64,000 nucleotides of DNA, taken from a virus. Positions 25,706 through 36,065 of this stretch are shown here, in pieces. The stretch covers positions 4,230 through 68,229 of the IMG/VR virus record IMGVR_UViG_3300027797_000025; one strand, written 5' to 3'. A program made the translations under genes and the position numbers. Under the pieces are notes generated by a model. It made no database searches. It saw only the letters and a list, made by a program, of their open reading frames with translations, and was not told the origin of the DNA. Every line of letters starts with the position of its first letter. Position 1 is the stretch's first letter.

Positions 25706-28045
25706 ATGGCTGATAGCAAAAGCGGTATGAACTTACCATCACGTACTAGCTTTGTTATTTCCGACCTTAAAACTGGCATCTCTGGTATGCGCCAAGAGAC
25801 CTCTCTTTTAAATCAAGAGTGGTCAAGCCTTGTTCAAAAAATGGGAACTGGCGTAACCAAATTTAATAGTATTGGCGGAAATGGGCCTGGTAGCGCCCTA
25901 GCTTCAACTAAAGTTGCCCCAGACCCCGTCTTTAGCAATTCTAATCCTAACTCTGGAAATCTAGTTGCTGCTGGGCCTTCGGGTGGCGGCGGAGGATTTA
26001 ACAATAACAATAACAATAACAATAACAATAGCTCTGTTGGCGGCGGTGGTGGCGGCAATCAAGGTGGAGGCGGCGGAAATCTATTCAGAAACCTTTCTGA
26101 GTTTATTAGTAGTAATAAAACGGGCTCCGCACTGTATGGCATGGGAACCGCACTAGAGGGGGCCCAAGCCACATCTGACATGGTTCAAGCTCAGCTATTA
26201 ATGCAGCGCACTGCCGCTAACATGCCGAGTGACCCAGGTTTATCATTTCGTGACACAATAACAGGCTCAGGCGGAGGATCTCGTTACGAGTACGCCCGCC
26301 GTAGTGCAACACAAATGGCAAAAATGGGCCAAGCTAATGACCGTATGGACGCTTTTAATGCAATGACTGCTGCTCAAAGCTACGGTTTGACAGGCACTAA
26401 CTACTTGCAAAACGCAAACAACCCTTCTAAGTTTGAAGGCAGTATTGCAGCACAAATAGCAAACACCTCTAATTTAACTCCAGGTATTGGTCTTGAAGGT
26501 ATGACCCGTGCAGCTGGTGGAATGCAACGAGGCCGTAATGTAAACATGCTTAAAGGTGTTGGCATAGAGATCCGCGACTCTAATGGAAACATGAAAGGCC
26601 CAGAAGAGATTATTGATGCCCTTTGGAAAAAGATTTGCCGTGATTACTCTGGCGCGTACGGCTCAGGAAAATCACCATCTGAACGTGAAATACAAATAGG
26701 TTTTCAACAAGGAAACTCCATGGACCAGCTGGTTCAAAATATGTTTGGAGACGATCCTTTAATTTATACAACTATTAAAAATGGTCTTATTTATAAAGCC
26801 AAAAGTGGTGGCGGCGCCATTACTAAAGAAAATGTAACTGATTTTGGTATGACAACCGCTGCAGCTAACACTTTTGCAATGAAACAAGCGCTTAGCACAC
26901 AACAACTTGGTCAAGTATCTAACTTTGGAGCTGGCGCGTACAACATTACACAAATGGGGCTTAATGCTGTAACAGGTGTTTTAAACGCAACAGACGCTGC
27001 ATCTGGCCCTGCGTTTGGTCCGTTAAAGATACTCAACGGAATTGCTGCAATTATGCAAACTTTGGGCAATTCTGCTGGCGGAATGAGCTCAGCCCTTATG
27101 AATTTCTTAATGATCAAACTCGGCCTTAGGGGCAAAGCAGCAGGCGGACCAGTAGACGATAAACAACCATACATTGTTGGTGAAAAAGGTCCTGAGCTAT
27201 TTATTCCAAAAACTGATGGAACAATTATCCCTAACATGGACGGTAAAAACCCATTTAGACATCACGGAGGAAGTGTAAAAGCCACTGGCCCAGACATGAG
27301 TAAAAATGAATGGGCTAAAGCTCTTATTGCTAAACTTGGTGGAAGTCCCACTGAAGCAAACAGTAGCGCAGTGCTTTCTTGGATGGCGCAAGAGGGCGGT
27401 CATTGGAACAACTCCGCGGGCTATAACCCTCTTAACACAACCCGTAAAATGCCTGGCGCAAAATTAATGGACGGCGGTCCTGGAAGAGAGCACGGCGTAA
27501 AACACTACACAAGTTGGGAACAGGGGTTAGAGGCTACTGTTTTAACTTTAACTGAAAAGGCAAAAGAACGCGGCTACGACAAAATTGTTAATTCTATTAT
27601 TCATGGAAAAGACCGAAATAGAATTATGGACGCCGTGTATGCCTCTAAATGGGGAACAGGTCCTGGCGGCACAATAACCTCGAGTACATCTTCTTCCTCT
27701 TCCTCCTCTTCCTCCTCTTCATCCTCTTCTACGTTTACAGACAGCGCAGTTATGGATAAAGAAGGCATTGCAGCAGTTACTCAATACTTAGGCAAAGATT
27801 TTGGTGACGCTTATAAAAACTATTTAAAAACTGGCGAAGTTGGAGACACAAGCCTTGCAAGCCTTGTTGGAGGCGGCGCTGCTGGAGCAGGCCTTGCTGC
27901 AACTCTTGGTAACGCAATAACCAACAACTACGGCGGAGTTACATTTAATATGAATGTATTAGGTGGGGACCCTAAAACCCTTGAAAGTGCAATTAAAAAG
28001 TACGTTGACACGCTTCAAACAGGAACAGGGGTGAGTGGTAAATAA
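25706..28045 (+). CDS. Tape measure-like protein with C-terminal lysozyme-like domain
   Basis: Gly/Ala-rich helical region; 'AAGGPV....YIVGEKGPELFIP' motif; 'WMAQEGG...YNPLNTT...YTSWEQGLEATV' domain. Confidence 0.75.
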   Translation: MADSKSGMNLPSRTSFVISDLKTGISGMRQETSLLNQEWSSLVQKMGTGVTKFNSIGGNGPGSALASTKVAPDPVFSNSNPNSGNLVAAGPSGGGGGFNNNNNNNNNNSSVGGGGGGNQGGGGGNLFRNLSEFISSNKTGSALYGMGTALEGAQATSDMVQAQLLMQRTAANMPSDPGLSFRDTITGSGGGSRYEYARRSATQMAKMGQANDRMDAFNAMTAAQSYGLTGTNYLQNANNPSKFEGSIAAQIANTSNLTPGIGLEGMTRAAGGMQRGRNVNMLKGVGIEIRDSNGNMKGPEEIIDALWKKICRDYSGAYGSGKSPSEREIQIGFQQGNSMDQLVQNMFGDDPLIYTTIKNGLIYKAKSGGGAITKENVTDFGMTTAAANTFAMKQALSTQQLGQVSNFGAGAYNITQMGLNAVTGVLNATDAASGPAFGPLKILNGIAAIMQTLGNSAGGMSSALMNFLMIKLGLRGKAAGGPVDDKQPYIVGEKGPELFIPKTDGTIIPNMDGKNPFRHHGGSVKATGPDMSKNEWAKALIAKLGGSPTEANSSAVLSWMAQEGGHWNNSAGYNPLNTTRKMPGAKLMDGGPGREHGVKHYTSWEQGLEATVLTLTEKAKERGYDKIVNSIIHGKDRNRIMDAVYASKWGTGPGGTITSSTSSSSSSSSSSSSSSTFTDSAVMDKEGIAAVTQYLGKDFGDAYKNYLKTGEVGDTSLASLVGGGAAGAGLAATLGNAITNNYGGVTFNMNVLGGDPKTLESAIKKYVDTLQTGTGVSGK

Positions 28046-29199
28046 TGGCTATATACCTAGGAAATATGATCCACGACGAGAGTCCGTACGTAGGAACAAC
28101 CGCGTCCGCAGTAGTCAATGTAACTTTGCAAAACGAAGCTAGACGTATTGCTCTAGGCCTTCCTAAAGGTGCTTTGATTGACACGGCGTTAAATGACCGT
28201 CAATATGACGCTTACGTAGAAACTTATGCAAAGCTTTTAGAAGAAGCATCCAAAGAAGTAAACACAGCTTCAGGACCTGTAACAAAAAATATTGGAGTAT
28301 CACAACCTACTTCTAATTACAAATGGAACCTGCCACCACATAGATGGAGTTTGCCCGTAAGGCCTACAACTATGGATCCAGAATTTGTAGGAGATAACGA
28401 ATATGATTCTTTTCATGGCCTTCGTCGTGGACGTATTTGGTTTTGGGCTGGTGTGCGCGACACCGCTGAATTAACTGCGGAAGGTATTAGAAAGTTAGCA
28501 GGCGGAACAGCTGTAGAGGGCTCTTCCAATAATACTCCAAATACTCAAGTAGACAACGACTATGCTTTTCAATTTCTTTGGAACCCTACGACTATTAGCA
28601 CAAGCGTTGTACGAAACATGGAAATTACGCCAAACCAAGCTGACACATTAAAAGTTGTTGCTGGCGCATTTCCTGGCCAAGAGACTGTATCTTTAAACAT
28701 AATGTTAGATAGAGTAAACGATTTTGCTTGTATTAAAGCTAGCGGAAGAGCGGGAATAAACACTGTTGTAAAAAATATAGATCCTACAAACCCAGAGTCT
28801 TTTACAACTGTGCAAGGCTATAACTCTATTAATAACTATACTGCGTTTTCTCGATATTACACTGGCAATGGGTACCCTGTGCAGGCGCCAAGACCAACTA
28901 TCGCAACTAAAATAAAAAATTTAATGGATCAAGGGACAATGGCTGATTTAGAGTATTTGTTTAAAGCTATTAATGGCGGTTACGCGTGGAAAAACCTTTT
29001 AGGTAAAAAAACTGCAAACATTGGTTTCCTCATGCCCACCCTAATGGGTATTCAACTTGGGCCAACTCTTGATAGTTTAAACTATGTTGGTTGGATTACC
29101 AATATTGGCATCAACCATACAGATTTTACTGAAAACATGATTCCGATCAGAACAACAGTCTCACTGAGCATCGAATGCTTCTCTGGTTCGGCGGGGTAA
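28045..29199 (+). CDS. Baseplate/tube initiator protein
   Basis: 'FQFLWNPTTIS', 'GWITNIGINHTDFTENMIPIRTTVSLSI' tube-like fold. Confidence 0.65.
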   Translation: MAIYLGNMIHDESPYVGTTASAVVNVTLQNEARRIALGLPKGALIDTALNDRQYDAYVETYAKLLEEASKEVNTASGPVTKNIGVSQPTSNYKWNLPPHRWSLPVRPTTMDPEFVGDNEYDSFHGLRRGRIWFWAGVRDTAELTAEGIRKLAGGTAVEGSSNNTPNTQVDNDYAFQFLWNPTTISTSVVRNMEITPNQADTLKVVAGAFPGQETVSLNIMLDRVNDFACIKASGRAGINTVVKNIDPTNPESFTTVQGYNSINNYTAFSRYYTGNGYPVQAPRPTIATKIKNLMDQGTMADLEYLFKAINGGYAWKNLLGKKTANIGFLMPTLMGIQLGPTLDSLNYVGWITNIGINHTDFTENMIPIRTTVSLSIECFSGSAG

Positions 29200-29202
29200 C
29201 TC

Positions 29203-29484
29203 ATGGCTATTTATAACGGCTCTCGCTATGAGTATTCAACAATTGATTATGTGGCGACTAAAGCCCCTTACATAGAAAAACCACTTGTTCTTTACTCGTT
29301 CTCTAACTTAGGTTTAGTTAACTTTTGGGAACATGTTTATGTGCAAGGAGAACGGCTAGACCAAATTTCTTATAAATACTATAAACGCCCTGAATACTGG
29401 TGGGTAATTCCAGAATACAACCCGCACATTGAAGATATTAATAATATAACTCCAGGCACTGTGTTGCGGATACCTAATGTTTAA
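29203..29484 (+). CDS. LysM/tail-X-like baseplate protein
   Basis: 'QGERLDQISYKYY..PEYWWVI...NP......PGTVLRIP'. Confidence 0.85.
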   Translation: MAIYNGSRYEYSTIDYVATKAPYIEKPLVLYSFSNLGLVNFWEHVYVQGERLDQISYKYYKRPEYWWVIPEYNPHIEDINNITPGTVLRIPNV

Positions 29485-30823
29485 ATTTATATCTATTGAG
29501 TTTCCAGACGCTAAAGTGTCCCCCAAAACAATTTACAGAGCTACTATTACTCAAAAACGGTATCACCACGAAATTGCTGTAATTGAGTTTAAAGACTGGG
29601 GAGCTGAGTACGATTCAATAACCCCTGGGTCGCCTGTAAGAATGGTAATTTCAAGCACTGGGGTAGGTAAAAGAAACTTTTATGGCTATGTGCACCATTT
29701 AAGCGTTGATAGAACTCCAGGCAAAAACTTTACAGAAGTCACTATTGTTGGTGGATCGTTTCCGATGAAACAAAGACGGCAACGAGTATACAAAGAAACA
29801 ACAGCCGATCAGATAATTAAAGAGATAGCGGCTTCTTACAATATGGCCTGCTATGCGGTTGCTTACCCTCGCGTATTTCCTCAAGTTTCTCAAGCAGGAC
29901 TATCCGACTGGGAATTTATGGTAAATCTTGCAAAACAATGCGGATACTCTTTAAGAACAGAAAACACAGAATTGTATTTTCAACCAATTCTTGAAGACTA
30001 TACTAAATACAGAACAGAAGCGCCTAAATTTGTATTACGGTCAGCCTCACACCCAGACGGATCTAGCTTGTATTCGTTTACTCCAACAATAAGTGAGTCT
30101 ATGCCGTACGCAGAAGGAACAAAAGCAGCTATTGCAGTATCTGGCGTTGATGTTTTAGGCCAAGTTCCAATGTCTGTAACCCAGCAAGTTAGAAATAAAA
30201 CAACTAGAACTAAAAAACAAATAGAATTCTTTGACTTGTTTGCTACAGATATTGTTGCTCAAACCCCAGAGGTAGCTAAATATGAAGCTGAAGCTGCCGA
30301 AAATAGAGCTCATTTTCCATATAGAGCAACTGCAGAGGTAATTGGTTCTCCTGAACTTCGGCCAGATATGCCAATATATGTAGAAGGTGTTGGCGCCCCT
30401 TATTCTGGATACTGGATAGTTTTAGAAACAGAACATAAAATTATTGAAAAAAATAGAAATGTTTTTCAATATACAACTGTTTTGCATCTTGGAGCAGACT
30501 CTTTAGGCTCATCTGACGTATGGACAGATAGCAAAACTGTAATTTCTCCCTCAAAGTATCCAAAAAGAACTGTAATACCAAATGTAAAGCAAACAAAAGT
30601 TAAACCTGTAACGTCGTTAATTACAAAAATAAAAGTTGGAGCTGCTACAAATAAAGGTAGCTTTGGAACTATAGAAAATAGAGCTAACGTAAATAGTAAT
30701 GCCAGAGCAAGTGCTCCTAGCACTTGGGCTACCCTTACAAAATCATTAGATATATTAATACCTGTTGTTAAAAAGCCTGTGGCTATTGTAAACAGGTTAG
30801 CTATAAAAAGAATGGAGAGTTAA
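29477..30823 (+). CDS. Baseplate hub protein (gpD/VgrG/gp27-like)
   Basis: 'QAGLSDWEFMVNLAKQCGY', 'G.PELRP...IYVEGVG..YSGYWIV....H'. Confidence 0.8.
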   Translation: MFKFISIEFPDAKVSPKTIYRATITQKRYHHEIAVIEFKDWGAEYDSITPGSPVRMVISSTGVGKRNFYGYVHHLSVDRTPGKNFTEVTIVGGSFPMKQRRQRVYKETTADQIIKEIAASYNMACYAVAYPRVFPQVSQAGLSDWEFMVNLAKQCGYSLRTENTELYFQPILEDYTKYRTEAPKFVLRSASHPDGSSLYSFTPTISESMPYAEGTKAAIAVSGVDVLGQVPMSVTQQVRNKTTRTKKQIEFFDLFATDIVAQTPEVAKYEAEAAENRAHFPYRATAEVIGSPELRPDMPIYVEGVGAPYSGYWIVLETEHKIIEKNRNVFQYTTVLHLGADSLGSSDVWTDSKTVISPSKYPKRTVIPNVKQTKVKPVTSLITKIKVGAATNKGSFGTIENRANVNSNARASAPSTWATLTKSLDILIPVVKKPVAIVNRLAIKRMES

Positions 30824-31299
30824 TGGAAAAGCACTATGGGCTATATTTAGGGTTTTGCGTAGACAACCTTGACCCAGATAACAGAAACCGTATAACACTT
30901 AGAGTTCCTCAAATATTTGGAGAAGCCGCGGTTACTACCTGGGCTTTGCCATGTTCTCCTGTAACTTCTAATGCAAACCACCCTGATCATCAAGAACACA
31001 CCGCTGCTCAAATAGCTGTTTTGCTAACCACAACCGCAACTACCGCAGCTGACCCACAAGGCGGCTCAGTTACTATACCCGCGCTTACGGTGGTAGCAAA
31101 AGCAGGAGCAGCAACCCTTAAACACCCTAAAAAAACGGCTGCGGATACTGACGAGCGTTGGAACGACCCTCAAGAAACAAATACAACGGCAGAGCACACT
31201 CCCCACAGAATAGTTCCAAAAATTAACCAACCTGTGTGGGTTATGTTTGTTGCGGGAGACGCCAATTTTCCAGTATGGATGGGAGTTTTAAATGACTAG
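30823..31299 (+). CDS. Baseplate spike OB-fold protein (gp5/gpV N-terminal-like)
   Basis: 'YGLYLG.CVDN.DP...NRI.LRVPQI.G......WA.PC' and 'P.INQPVWVMF.AGD.NFPVWMG'. Confidence 0.85.
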   Translation: MEKHYGLYLGFCVDNLDPDNRNRITLRVPQIFGEAAVTTWALPCSPVTSNANHPDHQEHTAAQIAVLLTTTATTAADPQGGSVTIPALTVVAKAGAATLKHPKKTAADTDERWNDPQETNTTAEHTPHRIVPKINQPVWVMFVAGDANFPVWMGVLND

Positions 31300-31702
31300 T
31301 AAAGCGATAGCGCTTCCGTTTTCAATCAATGAAGTTGGCGGAATTAATTACGCAACAACTGAAGCCAAGATTTGGCAAGATCGTGTGCTTATTGTTGTAA
31401 TGACTAACTTGAACGAACGAGTTATGAACCCAACTTTTGGAGGCAACATTGGGGTGTCCCTTTTCCAAAACATCAATGACGCTATGACTTTGATCCAACA
31501 ATCAATTTCTTTGGCGTTTAGCCGCTGGCTTGAGCCGCTAACTTTAATATCTGTAAGCGGATACATGGACCCCATTGAAGACAGATTAGTGTTAGAAGTT
31601 AATTATAACCTTCGTGATACTGACAATGAGCAGAGTGTAACGATAAAAACTGCTATCCTAAGTAGGGCTGGCGATGTGCTGTTGGAGGTAAGAAATGACT
31701 GA
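31292..31702 (+). CDS. Baseplate wedge protein (gp25/gpW-like)
   Basis: 'T...ERVMNPTFG' motif. Confidence 0.85.
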   Translation: MTSKAIALPFSINEVGGINYATTEAKIWQDRVLIVVMTNLNERVMNPTFGGNIGVSLFQNINDAMTLIQQSISLAFSRWLEPLTLISVSGYMDPIEDRLVLEVNYNLRDTDNEQSVTIKTAILSRAGDVLLEVRND

Positions 31703-33389
31703 TATTAACTACGTACCGCAAGTAGATTACACTTCTAAAGATTACACGTCTATTAAAGAAGATCTGATAGATCTTATCCCTTCTTTTGTTCCTTCATGGA
31801 CTAACAGAGACCCTGCAGACTTTGGTATGGCTTTAATTGAGCTGTTCTCATATATGGGCGACATTCTTAATTATTATATTGACCGATCTGCAAACGAAGC
31901 GTTTATTGGAACAGCTAGCCAGCGTGATAGCGTCCTTCAAATCTCTCGTCTTTTAGGGTACAACCCAACTGCAGCAACCGCAGCTACAGTTACTTTAACT
32001 TTTTACAACTCATCTGCTAGTACCATAACTGTGCCTGTAAAAACTCAAGTAGCTACGACCCCATCTTCAAATGGGTCGTTAACTCAAATTATTTTTGAAA
32101 CTAACAGTCAAGTGGTTGTACCTGCAAAGGTTGGAACAGTTGATGGCAGCATTACAGTGGCAGCTACTCAAGGCTATACAGTGACCTCTGAAGAAGTTGG
32201 AACCTCTACTGGAACTATTAATCAAGTCTGGAAAATTCAAACATCTCCGTTGATTACGGGCTCAATGTCTGTGTTAGTTGGTAGTAAAAACTTTAGCGAA
32301 GTTCCTTATTTAATTGATTACAATAATTACGACCCTGTATTTTCTGTATATACAAACGCATCTGGGTCTTCTTTTATTCTGTTTGGCGATAACATTAGCG
32401 GAATTGTTCCAGACCCAGGCGCAATAATCTATGCCACTTACCGTGTTGGCGGAGGCGTTGCTGGAAACGTAGCTGTTGGGGCAATTACCTCTATTCTTAG
32501 TAACAGCTATGCTGGTTTAAGAGTTAACAACTTAACCGCAGCAAGCGGAGGTTCAGAAGAAGAAACAACAGATTCAATTAGAGTAAACGCCCCATTAAGT
32601 TTAAAAGCTTTAAACAGAGCGGTCTCTTTAGCTGACTATTCAGCTTTAGCTACAGCTGCGGGCGTTGCTAAAGCAAATGCTGTTGCTGATGTATACACAA
32701 GCGTAACTATCTATTACGCCCCTTCTGCAGGAGACTTGGGAGTAGAGGTTGATGGCGTTACCCCATCTACCGTGTTTAATAACTTTAAAACTACTCTTAC
32801 TTCATTTTTGACTGGAAAGGTACCAGCAAACACAACAATAACTTTCCAGCCACCAACTTACGTAGCTACTAACATAACCGCAACAATTACAGTACTTCCT
32901 CAATACAGGAGAACATTATTAGATACTGCGGTAACTGCGATTTTAACTGAACTATTAGCTTTTGATAACGTAGGTTTCCGAGACACAATTACGTTAACTG
33001 ATGTTATAAGCGCTGCAACGTCTATTGAAGGAGTGGCTTTTATACAAGTTGAAAAACTTGTAAGAAACGATGCCGATTTAACATACACAATATCTAATAA
33101 AGCAGCATCTGGTACCGTGGCTACGCTAACTACTAGTGCTACGCACGCTTTAACTCAAGGAAGTACCGTAAAAGTTACTGGTATTGACAGCACGTTTAAT
33201 GGCACGTTTGTTGTTAAATCGGTAACTTCTACAACGTTTACCTACGATTTAATTTCCGCAGTAGTTAGTAGCGTAGCTGCTTCAGGCGCCGTTACTAAAC
33301 TAGTTACCGCCTCAGTAGTTTGCGCACCCAATGAGATCCCAAAGCTTGGAACTTTATCTTTGACGTTCAATGGTGGAATTGATAACTAA
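31695..33389 (+). CDS. Baseplate J-like wedge protein
   Basis: 'DYTSKDYTSI', 'DFGMALIELFSYMGD', 'FGDNISG..P', 'RAVSLADY'. Confidence 0.9.
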   Translation: MTDINYVPQVDYTSKDYTSIKEDLIDLIPSFVPSWTNRDPADFGMALIELFSYMGDILNYYIDRSANEAFIGTASQRDSVLQISRLLGYNPTAATAATVTLTFYNSSASTITVPVKTQVATTPSSNGSLTQIIFETNSQVVVPAKVGTVDGSITVAATQGYTVTSEEVGTSTGTINQVWKIQTSPLITGSMSVLVGSKNFSEVPYLIDYNNYDPVFSVYTNASGSSFILFGDNISGIVPDPGAIIYATYRVGGGVAGNVAVGAITSILSNSYAGLRVNNLTAASGGSEEETTDSIRVNAPLSLKALNRAVSLADYSALATAAGVAKANAVADVYTSVTIYYAPSAGDLGVEVDGVTPSTVFNNFKTTLTSFLTGKVPANTTITFQPPTYVATNITATITVLPQYRRTLLDTAVTAILTELLAFDNVGFRDTITLTDVISAATSIEGVAFIQVEKLVRNDADLTYTISNKAASGTVATLTTSATHALTQGSTVKVTGIDSTFNGTFVVKSVTSTTFTYDLISAVVSSVAASGAVTKLVTASVVCAPNEIPKLGTLSLTFNGGIDN

Positions 33390-36025
33390 TGGCTCGGTAC
33401 GGTATAAATTATTACGGCCTCTCTACGTATGGTACTGAGACCGCCGTTGCGTATGCCGCAAATAACTTTACCGCTACTTCAGGGGCTATTGGCAGTCTAA
33501 TAACTGTTAAATCACCGTACGGATCAATTACACTTGATTGGAATAGTCCTGCGGGTAACTGGTCAAAGATAAAATTAGTGCGAAACTCTTACGGATTTCC
33601 AGTAAGTGAGGTAGATGGCACACAATTAGATATTAAAAATAATAGTACGTTTGAGGCGTACAAAGAAAATGACCCTACAAACTTTACTGACGAAAACCTT
33701 GCTAAAAATGCTTTTTATTATTATTCTTTATTTGTTTTTGAACGAATTAACTATAAATGGATTCGCGTAGGAAATGCTATTGGCCTTTCTGTTGAAGACT
33801 ACGGCTATGCCGACAATTTGTACAACTTTTTACCAGAAATTTATAAGATCTCTAATTTAAATGAAGTGGCTGGCGAGTCTAGTAACCAAACACTTTACAA
33901 TTTCTTGTCTATTTTTGGGTTTGAGTTAAATAAATACCACACATTAACTAATTTATTAATTAACAGGCACGACACCTCTAAATTAAATGGATTACTTTTG
34001 CCATCTTTACTACAACAGTTTGGCCTTCAATACGAGCCAGAAATAGGATATCAACATGCTCGTATTTTGGCCCGTGATGTTGGTCAGCTGTACAAGTCAA
34101 AAGGCACAGTTGACGGATTAAGAGAGTTTTTAAAAGCTTTTACTGGGTGGGCGGTCCCTACCGTTGCTAACGTACCTAACCCAACAATCAATGGAATAAC
34201 TGTTAGTAAAAACTTAATGCTTGATTATAACGACTCATCTTTTGAAGAGTCTGTAGGCCATTGGGCAAGCAGCGGATCAGCAAACTTGTACTGCCTTAAA
34301 GTTAAAGAAGTTAGAACAGTCGCTTTAGCTAGTAACGTAGCAACCCTTGATATAGGAACCCACCAATACAACGTTGGAAATTATATTTTTGTTTCTGGAA
34401 GCTCCTTACCGTTGTTTAACCAAAGTACTGCAGTTGCAATTACCGCAGTCACCGCGACTACAGTTTCCTTTTCGTTAACTGGCTCAAACCTGACCTCTAT
34501 GAACGCTTGGAACGCCTCAACTGAAAGTTATCCACAAGTATCTCCGTCACCCGCCCCTTGGGATGAACCAACAACTCCAGTTTTATATCCAAATAAACAA
34601 CTTGGAATTATGGCTGTTAAAAACTCAAGTGTGACGGCAGGAACTGTAACTTTAGATTGTGGGTCAGGCGCCTCTATCATTAAAGGCATCCCTGTTACTG
34701 CAGGCACATTCTATTCATTTAGTGTTTATACCGTTAATTCAACTACTACACGTAATGTTACTGTAGGTATTACTTGGTATGACCGATTTGGTGCTTCTAT
34801 TTCTTCAGTTACTGGATCGGCTACCGCTAGTGGTACAGGGGCGTTTTCTGCTCGTGCAACAGTAATTAACAAAGAAGCGCCCGCTACAGCTTATTATGCT
34901 GTACCTACTATTTCTATTGCTGCCCTTGCGGGGTCAGCCAGTAATGAGTATCAGTACTTTGATTGTGCGCAATGGGAAGCTAGCGCAACAGCAACTGATT
35001 TTGATGAGGCTCGGCAACTCCATTTAACTTTAAAAGCGACACGAATTAATGAACTTTTAAATCCTCGTTTTGGGCTAAGTAGTGGAAGTTACGCTTCACC
35101 TACCGTAGCTCCTTGGGTTATATCTGGGTCAGCCGCTACTGTAACAATTAATGAAGCCACTAAACAACCAGAAAATACTTCATGGCAAACGCTTTATAAA
35201 ACTTTAACTTCTAGCGTAGCTAGGGTAGAAACTTTATATACAAACGATTTTAAAGTCGGCGACAAAGTATATGTATCTGGTGTTGGCACCTCATTTGATG
35301 GAGTTCAAACAGTAACCGCCGTTGGAGAGTCTGCTTCATCTGGCGGAACAATAACAAACTATTCTTATATAGAGTATTCGGTTTCGGGCAGCCCAGCAAA
35401 CGTTGCTCGCACCGCAGACGTTGACGGCGTTGTATGGCTAGCTGGTAATGCTTTAAACCTTGCAGCTACTGCGTCTGGCACAGTTAATGTTAAATCTTGG
35501 GACTCCTCAACTAGCTCTCACCTTATGCCAATTCATTACCCAGACACCTCATACACATTTAGTATCTACGCTCAAAAAGATACTAATAATGAGTCTGTTA
35601 CCGTTTCCATTAAGTGGTACACCTCCGCGGCAACTCCTGTTTTAATTAGTACATCTACTAGTAGTGCTTTTACAATTACAGCCTCTGGAAATGATTGGGA
35701 TAGGCCGTATATAACCGCCGTTGCACCGTCAACCGCTGCATATGCAGTTGTTAGTCTTGACTGGCAAGCGGCAAACGGTAGAACCCTTCGGTTAGACTCG
35801 GCTATGTTTGAAAACACCCCAATTATGTCTTGGTATTTTGATGGCTCAAGCGGGTATGGGGGATCTATTCCAGATTACGAATGGCAAGGCACAGCAAATG
35901 GCTCTCGCAGCCACTACTACAAAAACAAGTTTGCTGTCCAAGATAGAACTAGCAACGCCACGTTTAAAGATAAATTGCCGCTAGGCTCTACCGTGGCAAT
36001 TTACCTATCTCAGCCAAAAACGTAA
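33389..36025 (+). CDS. Baseplate wedge (P2 gpI-like) protein with carbohydrate-binding-like domains
   Basis: 'LYKSKGTVDGL...L...TGW', CBM-like repeats ('YSFSVY...ITWYD', 'YTFSIY...IKWY'), 'YFDGS'. Confidence 0.7.
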   Translation: MARYGINYYGLSTYGTETAVAYAANNFTATSGAIGSLITVKSPYGSITLDWNSPAGNWSKIKLVRNSYGFPVSEVDGTQLDIKNNSTFEAYKENDPTNFTDENLAKNAFYYYSLFVFERINYKWIRVGNAIGLSVEDYGYADNLYNFLPEIYKISNLNEVAGESSNQTLYNFLSIFGFELNKYHTLTNLLINRHDTSKLNGLLLPSLLQQFGLQYEPEIGYQHARILARDVGQLYKSKGTVDGLREFLKAFTGWAVPTVANVPNPTINGITVSKNLMLDYNDSSFEESVGHWASSGSANLYCLKVKEVRTVALASNVATLDIGTHQYNVGNYIFVSGSSLPLFNQSTAVAITAVTATTVSFSLTGSNLTSMNAWNASTESYPQVSPSPAPWDEPTTPVLYPNKQLGIMAVKNSSVTAGTVTLDCGSGASIIKGIPVTAGTFYSFSVYTVNSTTTRNVTVGITWYDRFGASISSVTGSATASGTGAFSARATVINKEAPATAYYAVPTISIAALAGSASNEYQYFDCAQWEASATATDFDEARQLHLTLKATRINELLNPRFGLSSGSYASPTVAPWVISGSAATVTINEATKQPENTSWQTLYKTLTSSVARVETLYTNDFKVGDKVYVSGVGTSFDGVQTVTAVGESASSGGTITNYSYIEYSVSGSPANVARTADVDGVVWLAGNALNLAATASGTVNVKSWDSSTSSHLMPIHYPDTSYTFSIYAQKDTNNESVTVSIKWYTSAATPVLISTSTSSAFTITASGNDWDRPYITAVAPSTAAYAVVSLDWQAANGRTLRLDSAMFENTPIMSWYFDGSSGYGGSIPDYEWQGTANGSRSHYYKNKFAVQDRTSNATFKDKLPLGSTVAIYLSQPKT

Positions 36026-36065
36026 CACCTGTGCTAGTGTGCGTCCTCCCTACCAAGGAGGCCAC

